DNA of 64,000 bases from Octopus sinensis (Eukaryota), in contig NC_043001.1 in NCBI RefSeq assembly GCF_006345805.1, positions 17,980,001 through 18,044,000 of the forward strand, in the 5' to 3' direction. Positions 1 to 11,235 of the stretch are shown here, piece by piece (within the stretch, counting starts at the first letter, position 1; each line of letters begins with the position of its first letter). The translations under genes and the position numbers were made by a program. Below the pieces are notes generated by a model. The model did no database searches, had not been told where the DNA came from, and saw only the letters and a program-made list of their open reading frames with translations.

Positions 1-2
1 TT

Positions 3-452
3 CACAGCCCTTCGAACTCTGGGCGAAACACAACGTCACGATATAGGTTTCCAAGTCCTGGTAGCAGCAGCCCATCACCACCAGAAGCATCAATTCATCT
101 CCATCGCATTTCGAGCGCTGGGCCGGATACAATAGTTGATCCTCGAAAATTTCAACATCAAGTATGTCCTTTTGTAACATGGGACCGAGACACTTCGAGA
201 TGGAGTCGTGATCTTCACGATGGTTTCGCAGGAATTTGTGGAGGTGCTCATAGTCCAAAGCAAACGAGTGACTCAAGTGGGTCAAGTTTTTCAGATTTTG
301 TCGCAGGACGTGATTCTATGTCAACGGGTGAAATAAACTCGCATCTCTTAAACAGAAAGTGGAACAACATATATTATGGTCGCAATAATCTAAAGCTTAG
401 AGAATCACGAGTCAAATATCAAATGCCTGACATTGAACAGCGTTTGTTTTAA
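3..452 (+). CDS. 3' end (5'-truncated by window edge) of a paralogue of the 927-aa repeat protein
   Basis: Frame is open from base 3 to TAA at 450-452. It translates ...TIVDPRKFQHQVCPFVTWDRDTSRWSRDLHDGFAGICGGAHSPKQTSDSSGSSFSDFVAGRDSMSTGEINSHLLNRKWNNIYYGRNNLKLRESRVKYQMPDIEQRLF*, which aligns without gaps to the repeat unit of 5914..8697 (ITVDPEEFEHQVCPFESWDPDTSRWSRDFDD...EINSHILNRKWHRAFY...). Confidence 0.7.
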   Translation, partial: HSPSNSGRNTTSRYRFPSPGSSSPSPPEASIHLHRISSAGPDTIVDPRKFQHQVCPFVTWDRDTSRWSRDLHDGFAGICGGAHSPKQTSDSSGSSFSDFVAGRDSMSTGEINSHLLNRKWNNIYYGRNNLKLRESRVKYQMPDIEQRLF

Positions 453-520
453 ATACAAAGATTTTAAATAAAGAAAAAACTGAAAATGATGTATTGTCTT
501 TTAATTCTAGAAAGATAAAC

Positions 521-671
521 ATGTGGCTTGACGGTAGGAAACTTGCTTCCCAACCACATGGTTCCGGGTTCTGTCCCATTGCGTGGCACCTTGAGAAAGT
601 GTCTTCTACTACAGTCTCAGACCGACCAAAACCTTGTGTGTGGATTTGGTCAACGGGAACAGGAAACTCGT

Positions 672-757
<86 letters not shown>

Positions 758-995
758 TGTATTTATATATCTATCTGTACGTGTGTATCTTTGTATCTAT
801 TGTTTGTCTCACCACCGCTTGCCAATCGGTGTTAGTTTGTTTACGTCCTCGTAACTTAGCAATTCGGCAAAAGAGACCAACAGAAAAAGTACCAGAGTTT
901 TAAAAAAAAACGTACTGGAGTCGATTCATTCGACTAAAAATTCTTCGAAGCGATGCTCCAGCATGGCCACAATCTAATGTTTGAAAAAGAAAAGA
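521..995 (+). mobile_element. SINE family A (tRNA-like head, accttgggcaagt CORE-like segment, internal (TG)n tract)
   Basis: Matches the ~400-bp consensus seen >20 times in the window (ccaaccacatggttccgggttc...cttgacaaccg...gctccagcatggcc). Confidence 0.85.
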
Positions 996-999
996 AAAG

Positions 1000-1173
1000 C
1001 ATATACTTCTGTAATTATCTCTATGTAAAAATTGCCGGTCTATTGGTTGATGGGCTGAATTTTCCGGTTAAGCATGACATCATTTAGAGAAAGAGGAAGA
1101 AGAGGAAGAAAGAGATACAGAAAGAGTAAAAAAAGCCTTACTAGGCTTTGCAGTCGTAGTAGTAGTAGTTGTG

Positions 1174-1235
<62 letters not shown>

Positions 1236-1800
1236 GGTGGTGGTGGTGATGGTGGTGGTGGTAGTAGTTGTTGTTGTGGTAGTAGTAGTAGTAGTAGTGG
1301 CGCTGGAGGTGGTGGTGGTGGTGGTGGTGGTGGTGGTGGTGGTGGTGGTGGTGGTGGTGGTAGAGTAGTAGACAGTGAGTAAAGGAACGCTACACACACA
1401 CAAACACACAAATGCAGACTGTGAGAGAGAAAAAAGGAGAAGGAAGAGGCATGTAGGTTGTAACTGAGAGAGACGTTATGGGAGGAGTTATGCAAATAAG
1501 AAATTTGTTTTATTTAAATTTTATTTTAACGTAATAAACAATTTTCTTTTGAAAATTAAAATTCATTTCATCATTTTCTATAAACACCAAGAAATTTCTT
1601 AAAAGTGAAATCGTTATTTATTGCATGCATCGCATATTTCTTGATATTCCGATTGTGGCAAAAGTATACGTTCCATAGAAGGCGGCGAGCTGGCAGAAAC
1701 GTTAGCGCGCCGGGCGAAAAGCGTAGCCGTACTTCATCTGCCGTTACGTTCTGAGTTCAAATTCCGCCGAGGTCCACTTTGCCTTTCATCCTTTTGGGGT
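1000..1800 (+). repeat. Segmental duplication copy 1 (3' flank of the repeat-protein paralogue)
   Basis: Colinear high similarity to 9028..10200, including non-repetitive AT-rich sequence and a SINE B at the same position (gtatacgttc[c/g]atagaaggcggcgagctgg). Confidence 0.9.
1150..1365. repeat. (GTA)n/(GGT)n trinucleotide microsatellite
   Basis: Direct reading. The paralogous tract is at 9195..9366. Confidence 0.95.
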
Positions 1801-2600
1801 CGATTAAATAAGTACCAGTTACGCACATGGGTCGATATAATCGACTTAATCCGTTTGTCTGTCCTTGTTTGTCCCCTCTGTGTTTAGCCCCTTGTGGGTA
1901 GTAAAGAAATGGGTATTTCGTCTGCTGCTACGTTCTGAGTTCAAATTCCGTCGAGGTCCACTTTGCCTTTCATCCTTTTGGGGTCGATTAAATAAGTACC
2001 AGTTACGCAAATGGGTCGATATAATCGACTTAATCCGTTTGTCTGTCCTTGTTAGTCCTCTCTGTGTTTAACCCCTTGTGGGTAGTAAAGAAATAAGAAA
2101 CGTTAGTACGCCGGGCGAAATGCTTAGCCGTATTTCGTCTGTCTTTGTGTTCTGAGCTCAAATTCCACCGAGGGCAACTTTGTCTTTCATCCTTTCGGGG
2201 TCGATAAATTAAGTATCGACTGGCCCCCTCCCCAAATATTTCGGGCCTTGTGCCTAGAGTAGAAAAGAATATTGTGCCATGGTTTAAGGCGAGAAACTGG
2301 CAGAATTGTTAGCACGCTGGGGGAAAATGCACGACGGCATTTCGTTCGTCTTTACGTTCTGAGTTCAAAATCGACTGGGGTCAACTTTGGCATTCATTCT
2401 TTTCGGGTCGATAAAATAGGTACCTGTTGAACAATGGGCGTCGCTGTAATTGACTTACTTCCTTCCTTGAACTTGCTACCCTTGGGCCAAAATTTGAAAC
2501 CGACACTCTACTAAGGTTTCTGACGCACAAACTGAATACGTAGCCGAAATTTAGCAGATTGATTCCTTCTGATTGCATACCTGGAGCAGTGGTAAAAAAA
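1680..2600 (+). mobile_element. Cluster of 4 head-to-tail/partial SINE family B copies, the last with a long alternative tail
   Basis: A-box/B-box-like head (gctggcagaaacg...gagttcaaattcc) followed by gtcgactttgcctttcatcctttcggggtcgataaa body, repeated. Confidence 0.85.
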
Positions 2601-2612
2601 TTCGTTTTTATT

Positions 2613-2776
2613 AGGCGTGGGAGTGGCTGTGTGGTTAGTAGCTTGCTTACCAACCACATGGTTCCGGGCTCAGTCCCACTGCGTGGAACCTTGGGCAAGT
2701 GTCTTCTACTATAGCCTCGAGCCGACCAAAGCCTTGTGAGTGGATTTGGTAGACGGAAACTGAAAGAAACCTAGCG

Positions 2777-2811
<35 letters not shown>

Positions 2812-3000
2812 CTGTGTGTGTGTGTGTTTGTGTGTCTGTATTTGCCCCCCCCCCCCTCAAACATCGCTTGACAACCGATGCTGGTGTGTTTATGTCCACG
2901 TAACTTAACGGTTCGGCAAAAGAGAGCCGATTGAATAAGTACTAGGCTTACAAAGAATAAGTCCTGGGGTCAAATGACTGGAACAAGTAAAAGAGTAAAA
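2613..3000 (+). mobile_element. SINE family A
   Basis: Full head, internal TA/TG tract, tail ending aagtaaaagagt. Confidence 0.85.
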
Positions 3001-3067
3001 AGGTGTTGTTAATTAGTGTGTAAAATTTCAATTGGAGAGCTAATGAGTACAACTAATTAATATTTCA

Positions 3068-3450
3068 AACAAAAGTCGACCTCGGCAGAATTTGAACTCA
3101 GAATGTAACGGCAGACGAAATACCTATTTCTTTACTACCCACAAGGGGATAAACACAGAGAGGACAAACAAGAACAGACAAACGGATTAAGTCGATTATA
3201 TCAACCCCAGTGGGTAACTGGTACTTATTTAATCGACCCCAAAAGGATGAAAGACAAAGTTGACCTCGGCGGAATTTGAACTCAGAACGTAACGGCAGAT
3301 GAAATATCTATTTCTTTACTACCCACAAGGGGCTAAACACAGAGAGCACAAACCAGGACAGACAAACGGATGAAGTCGATTATATCGACTCCAGTGCGTA
3401 ACTGGTACTTATTTAATCGACCCCGAAATGATGAAAGGCAATGTGATCAC
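3068..3450 (-). mobile_element. SINE family B multimer
   Basis: Reverse complement of family B, with tail-to-head junctions at ~3122 and ~3306. Confidence 0.85.
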
Positions 3451-3488
3451 TTGATGTTACTTTCCCAAAACACCGTCAACTAAATGGC

Positions 3489-3542
3489 ATGAACGTTAAA
3501 CGAAATGAACGTTAAACGAAATGAACGTTAAACAAAATGAAT
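3489..3542. repeat. 16-bp minisatellite (atgaacgttaaacgaa) x~3.3
   Basis: Direct reading. Confidence 0.85.
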
Positions 3543-3771
3543 ATAACGGTAGATACAACTGAACTGTTTGTTGGCTGTAAGGAAAAAAGAAGAACTAGAT
3601 TTTGGACATCGTCTTTCATTGAAATATCTGTTATTCTTCGACTGAGGCAGATATTTCGGAAATATCATGACACGCTAACTTGTTCCACTACCTTTACTAC
3701 TTGTCAACGTAGGTTATCGTTAGATTTTTTTCAAATTTTGCTGCTTCAGTTGAAGAAAGGTGCTATATGCG

Positions 3772-3805
<34 letters not shown>

Positions 3806-4129
3806 TGTAGTGTAGTGTAGTGTAGTGTAGTGTAGTGTAGTGTTGTGTTTAAAGTGATGTACAGATATTGTATATTGAGAAAAGGGAGACAGGCAGAATG
3901 ATATTTGTTTATGCTGTCTTCTTCTTCCAATCAGGACTCACGCCATTAGCCACAACGAATAATCTCTAATTCGAGCCTACTCTAAGCTACTAAGAATGCG
4001 TGAGGCAACTTGAAGATTCACCCACCACTCGCGATAGACTGGCGGTTGCACGGGCGCGAAAGCTACGTTGTTATCCTCATTCCGTAAACGGTGGCTTTTA
4101 ACGGGTGGAGAGCTGAACCATCTTGGGGT

Positions 4130-4404
4130 ACAGAGGATTCCCAATCTAGACTAGGGTCTGAAAGTTTACCACACCATCTTGGGTTACACCATGGTTCCTC
4201 TGCTTTGTGGCAGAAGTAGGAAGAAAGAGTGAGAGAATGTTGTGGTGAAAGAGTACAGTGGGGTTCACCACCCTCCCCGCCGGAGCCTCGTGGAGCTTAG
4301 GTGTTTTTTGCTCAATAAACACTCACAATGCCCGGTCTGGGAATCGAAACCGCGTTCTTACGACTGCGAGTCCGCTGCCCTAACCGCTGGGCCATTGCGC
4401 CTCC
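4130..4404 (-). mobile_element. SINE family C (tRNA-like head ggaggcgcaatggcccag...), tail type 1
   Basis: Head and body are shared with 9367..9723, 18710..19043, 31215..31540 and 44250..44549. Confidence 0.8.
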
Positions 4405-4555
4405 TCACGCTGTCGTTGACCAGTTCTCTAACACCTATCTTGAAGACAAATTTTTCATAAAGCAAATGTTCGCAGTTGCTACTATTGCTACTGTCATGAA
4501 CTTCGCAAATCTTTCACTTCTATAGAGAACAACTTTACAAATATGTTTATATAGA

Positions 4556-4644
4556 CGTAGGAGTGGCTGTATGGTAACGCGCTCAGTCCCACTGCGTGGC
4601 ACCTTGGGCAAGTGTCTTCTACTATAGCCCGTCGTATATATGTA

Positions 4645-4735
<91 letters not shown>

Positions 4736-4965
4736 ATGTGTGTGTGTGTTGTGTGTGTATGTTTGTGTGTCTGTGTTTGTCCCCCGAACATCGCTTGACA
4801 ACCGATACTGGTGTGTTTACGTCCCCGTAACTTAGCGGTTCGGCAAAATAGAGCGATAGAATAAGTACTAGGCTTACAAAGAATAAGTCCTGGGGTCGAT
4901 TTGCTCGACTAAAGGAGGTGCTCCATCATGGCCACAGTCAAATGACTGAAACAAGTAAAAGAGCA
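4556..4965 (+). mobile_element. SINE family A (internally deleted)
   Basis: Family A head and tail around a long (TA)n tract. Confidence 0.8.
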
Positions 4966-5149
4966 CGTGTAAAGAGTATATGTTAAAATTATAGATCCTT
5001 CAAGATACAAGTTTCAGCGACCTATTATTTCTCAAAGCCGGCACCTGTTCAACATAAGACAGTTGGCTCTGATTTAAGGGAGATTCGGCTGTTATTTGTA
5101 TCAATGTGTATAACATAGTCAAGAGGTGGATTGAAGAATGGCATTTTGA

Positions 5150-5510
5150 GGGTAAAGACCAGATCTGAGAGGCTGCAGAAGCGCTCTAGAGAGAGCGAAA
5201 AGGCTAGTTAAAATGGAAGTTATTAAACATCATTGTGTAACTGTAACAGAGGCAGTAAATTCCATGGATGTGTTATCCACATTGCATAAGAACGGTATTG
5301 AAGGTTCTTAAATATGAACCAAGACTTTCAAGAAAGAAGGCAATGATTTCAAAAACTAATAAGACCAAAATGTTCAGCTGGACTAAAGAGTCCTGTAAGA
5401 AAGAAAACGAATATTAGTCGTCTATAATATAATCTGATAAAAGCAAATTCTGCCAGTTTTTTCGAGTTCTAGGTAGATATATGTGTGGCTCGTCTTTCGG
5501 TGCGAAATCG
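5150..5510 (+). pseudogene. Highly degraded Tc1-like transposase remnant
   Basis: Translates ...RLSRKKAMISKTNKTKMFSWTKE...II*SDKSKFCQF...GRY, resembling the Tc1 RKKP...VLWSDESKF segment. Confidence 0.5.
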
Positions 5511-5818
5511 ATCAGATATAACAATGAATTTTAATATAAACACAAAGCCACAAATTTATGATAAAAGAAATAGCTGATTAAAGTCTACTTCAGTATTTGA
5601 TTAGTGCTTATTTTACCAACCCCAGGATGTTTGACCACAGAACGGAAATATACGTAACTAAAAACAGCTAAACATTTTGTTTATTGTTTCACAGGTTTGC
5701 CATTAGCAGCTGTTGTATGTATAACATAATATTCATATTAGCAGCAAGAGTAAAGAGATAGCGATGATATTACTACTACCACTATTACTACAGTGCATAT
5801 GACTGTCACATTCGTTGG

Positions 5819-5826
5819 TGACGTCA
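5819..5826. promoter_or_regulatory. Perfect CRE palindrome TGACGTCA ~90 bp upstream of the repeat-protein ORF
   Basis: Exact 8-mer. Position is suggestive only, since an 8-mer can occur by chance in 64 kb. Confidence 0.25.
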
Positions 5827-5913
5827 CAGTTGAATGTAAAACAATAAATCATTTAGAGTGATTTCTATCCATTGACAGTCAATCTGAAGTGACCGGTTTG
5901 AATTTCACAGTGA

Positions 5914-8697
5914 ATGGGTTTTTCGAGTTATGAACACCTCTGCTCCCAAACTGACAAAATGGCTGATCATTCACAATATTCAGACGTATTAAAAAAGGAG
6001 TTATACAGAACTACAGGACTGAACAAATGCGGCGATTTTACAGGAGATAATATTGGACATATTGGTTCTCAAGATAACGATCGTGAAAATACAAATAAGA
6101 ATGAAGCTGATGGTGTGATGGAAACGATTGAAATAAGAGTCGAGAAAAGTCAAAACAAGAAACAATTAAACAATGATGGTGAAAATTGCTCAGCGAAAGA
6201 TAACAACTCAAAAGACGAGAAAACAGAGATGTGTGAAGTAGCAGACGATAAGGGCGCGAATGAAAACAACAGACGAAAATGTAAGACTTCGAATAGAGAA
6301 GAGGGTGTTAAATCGAACAACGGAATCGTAGAACAAGATAAATTTGTACCAAAGAAAGACGGGGATAATTTTGCAACGAACAAAAATTGCATGACCAAAG
6401 GTAAAAAAGTATATTCGTCATCAAGAATAAACCTACATCCCACAGAAATTATTCGAAATAGGGTAACTAATTTACCTTACTCATTGCTTTGTGCTCTCAA
6501 ATATTCTAAGAAGGAAAATAATGGTGATGAAATTTCGTTAAACAGAAGACCTTTTGAAGAGTACCAACATTTCGTAGCACAAGAACAACCTCGCCTCGAT
6601 GTACCCAAACTATACCCTCCGCGTACATCTTCACGACAACACAAATTGTCATTGGCAGATATGTCATATAACTCACCTGAAAGAAAAACAATCTGTCCAT
6701 TTAGAAGAACTTCTGAGAGCAAAGTTTCAGCACCTCTGAAACGTCGGATCTTTTCGTATTCACAGAATAATAATAATTCGACAGAACTAAATTCATTTTC
6801 ACTACCACCCCAATCCAGTTCACATAGAGCTGAGCAAACTGAACATCCTATTTTGAGCTCAAGGCCGAGCACACCGCCACCAAATCCATTTGATACCAGT
6901 TTGTCGTCTTTCGGAAACGCAGCAAATATAACATTTGATCCTGAAGAATTTCAGCATCAAGAATCTCCTTTCCAAATAGGAAGTCTACATTCTAATTCGA
7001 ACTCGGAGACAGTCACAGCACCACTAAATTTATCTGATAGCAGCTGGTGGTCTTCCCCAGCGAATATAACAGTTGATCCTGAAGAATTTGAACATCAGGT
7101 GTGTCCTTTTGAATCATGGGACCCTGACACCTCGAGATGGAGCCGTGATTTTGACGATAGTATCGCAGAACTCTGGAGAGATCAACCTAGTCCAGAGCCA
7201 ACGAGTGATACAAGTGGATCATGTTTTTCAGATTATGTCGCAGGACCTGATCCTTTCTCGGCGGAAGAAATAAACTCCCATATCTTAAACAGAAAGTGGC
7301 ATAGGGCATTTTATCGTCGAAAGCGCCTAGGTTTGAGAGCTGATCAAACTGAATACGTAAAGCCAAACATTAAACAATGTCTACATCCCATTTTGGAGTC
7401 TAGGCCGAGCACACCGCCACCAAACCCATTTGATACCAGTTTGTCGTCTTTCGGAAACGCAACAAATATAACATTTGATCCTGAAGAATTTCAGCATCAA
7501 GAATCTCCTTTCCAAATGGGAAATCTACATTCCACTTCGAACTCGGAGACAGGCACACCACCACTAAATTTATCTGATAGCAGTTGGTGGTCTTGCCCAG
7601 CGAATATAACAGTTGATCCTGAAGAATTTGAACATCAGGTGTGTCCTTTTGAATCATGGGACCCTGACACCTCGAGATGGAGCCGTGATTTTGACGATAG
7701 TATCGCAGAACTCTGGAGAGATCAACCTAGTCCAGAGCCGACGAGTGATTCAAGTGGATCGTGCTTTTCAGATTTTATTGCAGGACCTGATCCTTTCTCA
7801 GCGGCAGAAATAAACTGTCATATCTTAAACAGAAAGTGGCACAGAGCATTTTATCGTCGAAAGCGTCTAGGCTTGAGAGCTGAGCAAACTGAATTTGTAA
7901 AGCCAAACATTAAACAATGTCTACATCCCATTTTGGGGTCTAGGCCGAGCACAACGCCACCAAGTTCACTTGATAGCAGTTTGTCGTCTTTCATAAACGT
8001 AACATGGGAACCTGACACCTCGAGAAGGAGTCGCGATTTTGACGATAGTAACGCAGAACTCTGGAGAGATCAACCTAGTCCAGAGCCGACGAGTGATTCA
8101 AGTGGATCATGCTTTTCAGATTTTATCGCAGGACCTGATCCTTTCTCAGCGGTAGAAATAAACTCCCATATCTTAAACAGGAAGTGGCATAGGGCATTTT
8201 ATCGTCGAAAGCGCCTAGGCTTGAGAGCTGAGCAAACTGAATTTGTAAAGCCAAACATTAAGCAATGTTTACATCCCATTTTGGGGTCTAGGCCGAGCAC
8301 ACCGCCACCAAGTCCATCTGATACCAGTTTTTTGTCTTTCGGAAACGCAACAAATATAACATTTGATCCTGAAGAATTTCAGCATCAAGAATCTCCTTTC
8401 CAAATGGGAAGTCTACATTCTAATTCGAACTCGGAGACAGGCACACCACCACTAAATTTATCTGATAGCAGTTGGTGGTCTTCCCCAGCGAATATAACAG
8501 TTGATCCTGAAGAATTTCAACATCAGGTAAGTCCTTTCGAAACATGGGACCCTGACACCTCGAGATGGAGCCGTGATTTTGACGATAGTATCGCAGAACT
8601 CTGGAGAGATCAACCTAGTCCAGAGCCAACGAGTGATTCATGTGGATCATGTTTTTCATATTTTGTCGCAGGACCTGATCCTTTCTCGGCGGAATAA
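5914..8697 (+). CDS. Uncharacterised 927-aa, largely low-complexity protein with four ~180-aa tandem repeats (S/P/D/E-rich, W-containing)
   Basis: 2784-bp uninterrupted ORF, not microsatellite-derived, with no transposase/RT motifs. The second Met (ATG 5959, context caaaATGg) is a plausible start. The frame is preserved across a 192-bp internal deletion, and a diverged paralogue also has an open frame. Confidence 0.7.
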   Translation: MGFSSYEHLCSQTDKMADHSQYSDVLKKELYRTTGLNKCGDFTGDNIGHIGSQDNDRENTNKNEADGVMETIEIRVEKSQNKKQLNNDGENCSAKDNNSKDEKTEMCEVADDKGANENNRRKCKTSNREEGVKSNNGIVEQDKFVPKKDGDNFATNKNCMTKGKKVYSSSRINLHPTEIIRNRVTNLPYSLLCALKYSKKENNGDEISLNRRPFEEYQHFVAQEQPRLDVPKLYPPRTSSRQHKLSLADMSYNSPERKTICPFRRTSESKVSAPLKRRIFSYSQNNNNSTELNSFSLPPQSSSHRAEQTEHPILSSRPSTPPPNPFDTSLSSFGNAANITFDPEEFQHQESPFQIGSLHSNSNSETVTAPLNLSDSSWWSSPANITVDPEEFEHQVCPFESWDPDTSRWSRDFDDSIAELWRDQPSPEPTSDTSGSCFSDYVAGPDPFSAEEINSHILNRKWHRAFYRRKRLGLRADQTEYVKPNIKQCLHPILESRPSTPPPNPFDTSLSSFGNATNITFDPEEFQHQESPFQMGNLHSTSNSETGTPPLNLSDSSWWSCPANITVDPEEFEHQVCPFESWDPDTSRWSRDFDDSIAELWRDQPSPEPTSDSSGSCFSDFIAGPDPFSAAEINCHILNRKWHRAFYRRKRLGLRAEQTEFVKPNIKQCLHPILGSRPSTTPPSSLDSSLSSFINVTWEPDTSRRSRDFDDSNAELWRDQPSPEPTSDSSGSCFSDFIAGPDPFSAVEINSHILNRKWHRAFYRRKRLGLRAEQTEFVKPNIKQCLHPILGSRPSTPPPSPSDTSFLSFGNATNITFDPEEFQHQESPFQMGSLHSNSNSETGTPPLNLSDSSWWSSPANITVDPEEFQHQVSPFETWDPDTSRWSRDFDDSIAELWRDQPSPEPTSDSCGSCFSYFVAGPDPFSAE

Positions 8698-8850
8698 ATA
8701 AACTTATATCTTAAACAGGAAGTGGCATAGAGCATTTTATCGTCGAAAGCGTCTAGGCTCGATAGCTGATCAAACTGAATATTTAAAGCCAGACATTAAA
8801 CAATGTCTATATCTCCATTTTGAGCACTAGGCCAGACACACCGTCATAAA
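6844..8850 (+). repeat. 540-bp coding tandem repeat: units 6844-7383, 7384-7923, 7924-8271 (192-bp in-frame deletion), 8272-~8811, partial fifth
   Basis: Unit starts catcc[t/c]atttt...aggccgagcac at 6844, 7384, 7924 and 8272. Confidence 0.95.
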
Positions 8851-9027
8851 ATCTTTGTTGCATTTCGAGCACTGGATGATTCACACCACCACCAAGTTGA
8901 CATAGATGCCGGTCAGTGCCATCGTCGATACAATATAAGCCAAAGAGTTAAACGAATGAGACCTAAATTGCCCAAAATTCAACAAAGATTTTTCATTAAA
9001 TTGAAAACGAATTCGAGAAAAAAAAAA

Positions 9028-9298
9028 GCATATAGCTCTGAAATTATCTCTATATAATAATTGCCGGTCTATTGGTTGATGGGCTGGATTCTCCGGTTAA
9101 GCATGACATCATTTGGAGAAAGAGGAGACAGCGGAAGAAAGAGATACAGAGAGAGCAAAAATAAAAGGTTTAAGATGCTTGCCCTTACTAGGCTTAGTGG
9201 TGGTGGTGGTCGTCGTCGTCGTCGTGGTGGCGGCGGCAGTAGTAGTAGTAGTGATGGTGGTGGGGGTGGGGGTAGTAGTAGTAGTAGTAGTGGTAGTG

Positions 9299-9366
<68 letters not shown>

Positions 9367-10200
9367 CCGTCAGTTACGACGACGAGGGTTCCAGTTGATC
9401 CGATCAACAGATCAGCCTGCTCGTGAAATTAACGTGTAAGTGGCTGAGCACTCCACAGACACGTGCACCCTTCACGTAGTTCTCGGGGAGATTCAGCGTG
9501 ACACAGTGAGTGACAAGGCTAGCCCCTTTGAAATAGAGGTACGACAGAAACAGGAAGTAAGAGTGAGAGAAAGTTGTGGTGAAAGAATACAGCAGGGTTC
9601 ACCACCACCACCGCCTCGTGGCGTTTTCTCTCAATAAACACTCCCAACGCCCGGTCTAGGGATCGAAGCCGTGATCCCACGACCGCGAGTCCGCTACCCT
9701 AACAACTGTGCCATTGCGCCTCCATTAGTAGTAGTAGACAGTGAGTAAAAGAACGCTACACACACACACACACAAACACACACACAGTGAAGGAGAAAAA
9801 AGAGAAAGCAGGGGCAGGCAGGTTGTAACTGAGAGAGATGTTATGGGAGGAGTTATGCAAATAAGAAATTTGTTTTATTTAAATTTAATTTTAATGTAAT
9901 AAACAATTTTCTTTTGAAAATTAAAATTCATTTCATCATTTTCTATAAACACCAAGAAATTTCTTAAAAGTGAAATCATAATTATTGCATGCATCGCATA
10001 TTTCTTGATATTCCGATTGTGGCAAAAGTATACGTTCGATAGAAGGCGGCGAGCTGGCAGAAACGTTAGCGCGCCGGGCGAAATGCTTAGCAGTATTTCG
10101 CCTGCCGTTACGTTCTGAGTTCAAATATCGCCGAGGTCGACTTTGCCTTTCATCCTTTCGGGGTCGATAAACTAAGTACCAGTTACGCACTGAGGTCGAT
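9028..10200 (+). repeat. Segmental duplication copy 2 (3' flank of the 927-aa ORF)
   Basis: Colinear with 1000..1800 apart from a SINE C insertion at 9367..9723. Confidence 0.9.
9367..9723 (-). mobile_element. SINE family C, tail type 2, inserted in (AGT)n
   Basis: Absent from the paralogous position (~1360), so it post-dates the duplication. Confidence 0.85.
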
Positions 10201-10280
10201 CTAATCGACTTAATCCGTCTGTCAGTTCTTGTTTGTCACCTCTGTGTTTATCCCCTTGTGGGTAGTAAAGAAATAGGTAT
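10045..10280 (+). mobile_element. SINE family B, complete monomer
   Basis: ggcggcgagctggcagaaacg...gtaaagaaataggtat. Confidence 0.9.
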
Positions 10281-10753
10281 GACGGGTAACTTTTGTTTGA
10301 AATATTAATTAGCTCTACACATTAGCTCTCCTATTGAAATTTTACACACTAATTAACAATAATGAAAATGATTTTTTTTCGGAATGGTCATTTTGCCAGT
10401 TTAGCCAGTAAAAACACACGCACTATATATTTGGTGTTACTTTGCTTCAGCGTTATTTATTTTTTACATTAATCTTAATCTTTCGGCCAGAGTTCTTTCG
10501 TCACACTCCTGTGACCTCATCAGTGGTCCTTTGCTTTCTTCTTTCTTATTTGTGTGTCTCTCCTTTTTTTTTTTTTTTTTTACCACTGCTCCAGGTATGC
10601 AACCTGAAAGAATCAATCTGCTAAATTTCGGTTACATCTTCAGTTTGTGCGTCAGAAACCTTAGTAGAATATTTGTTTAAAATTTTGGCACAGATCTAGG
10701 AAGTTCAAGGGAGGGGGTAAGTCAATTACACTGACCCCATCGTTCAACAGATA

Positions 10754-11235
10754 CCATAAATCCTCGAGTATAGTCCGCCCTTGAGTATAATACGCAGGAG
10801 AATTTTAGGGGGTTGTACCTCTGAAAAACCTAAACCTTGTGTATAATACGCACCTCTTCTCTAACTTGAGTCAAGGAGGGCTATATAACGTCCTTGGTTT
10901 GTAAAACTGTATACGGTAACGTCCTTTATTATTATTGTATATATAACATAATGCAAACATGTAGCTTTTTTGTGCATTTTGTTTGCAGAAAATAAAGAAA
11001 TAACAGTAATAACGTTTAATAAATGTTGCTAACTGCAAGTTATGGATGATTTAAGGTATTTTCGCGCCCAACATCACAAAATGCGTCTGAATAAACATTG
11101 CCGAACAGCAAATAGAGACTCGGACATTGCTTAGAAAATAATTTTCGTTTTTAACCTCGTATATTGTACGCACTAGGAATTTTGACCTTTAAATTTTGGG
11201 GGGAAAAAATGCGGATTATACTCGAGGATTTACGG
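10754..11235. mobile_element. Non-autonomous Tc1/mariner-superfamily MITE (Tc2/pogo-like TIR), 482 bp
   Basis: TIRs cc[a/g]taaatcctcgagtata[g/a]tccgc, flanked by TA at both ends. Inserted inside a SINE B variant. A second copy is at 49432..49947. Confidence 0.85.

Noticed and set aside
494-1495. ORFs rich in CV, poly-V/S/G/T/P/L
   Set aside because: They are translations of (TG)n and (GTA)/(GGT)n microsatellites; the same applies to 9061..9439.
1491-1498. Octamer ATGCAAAT (also at ~9855) suggesting an snRNA enhancer
   Set aside because: No snRNA sequence is recognisable nearby, and the two occurrences are one duplicated site.
4328-4404. tRNA-like sequences at the heads of SINE families A, B and C
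   Set aside because: They have A/B boxes but no complete cloverleaf and continue into repeated SINE bodies, so they are not counted as tRNA genes.
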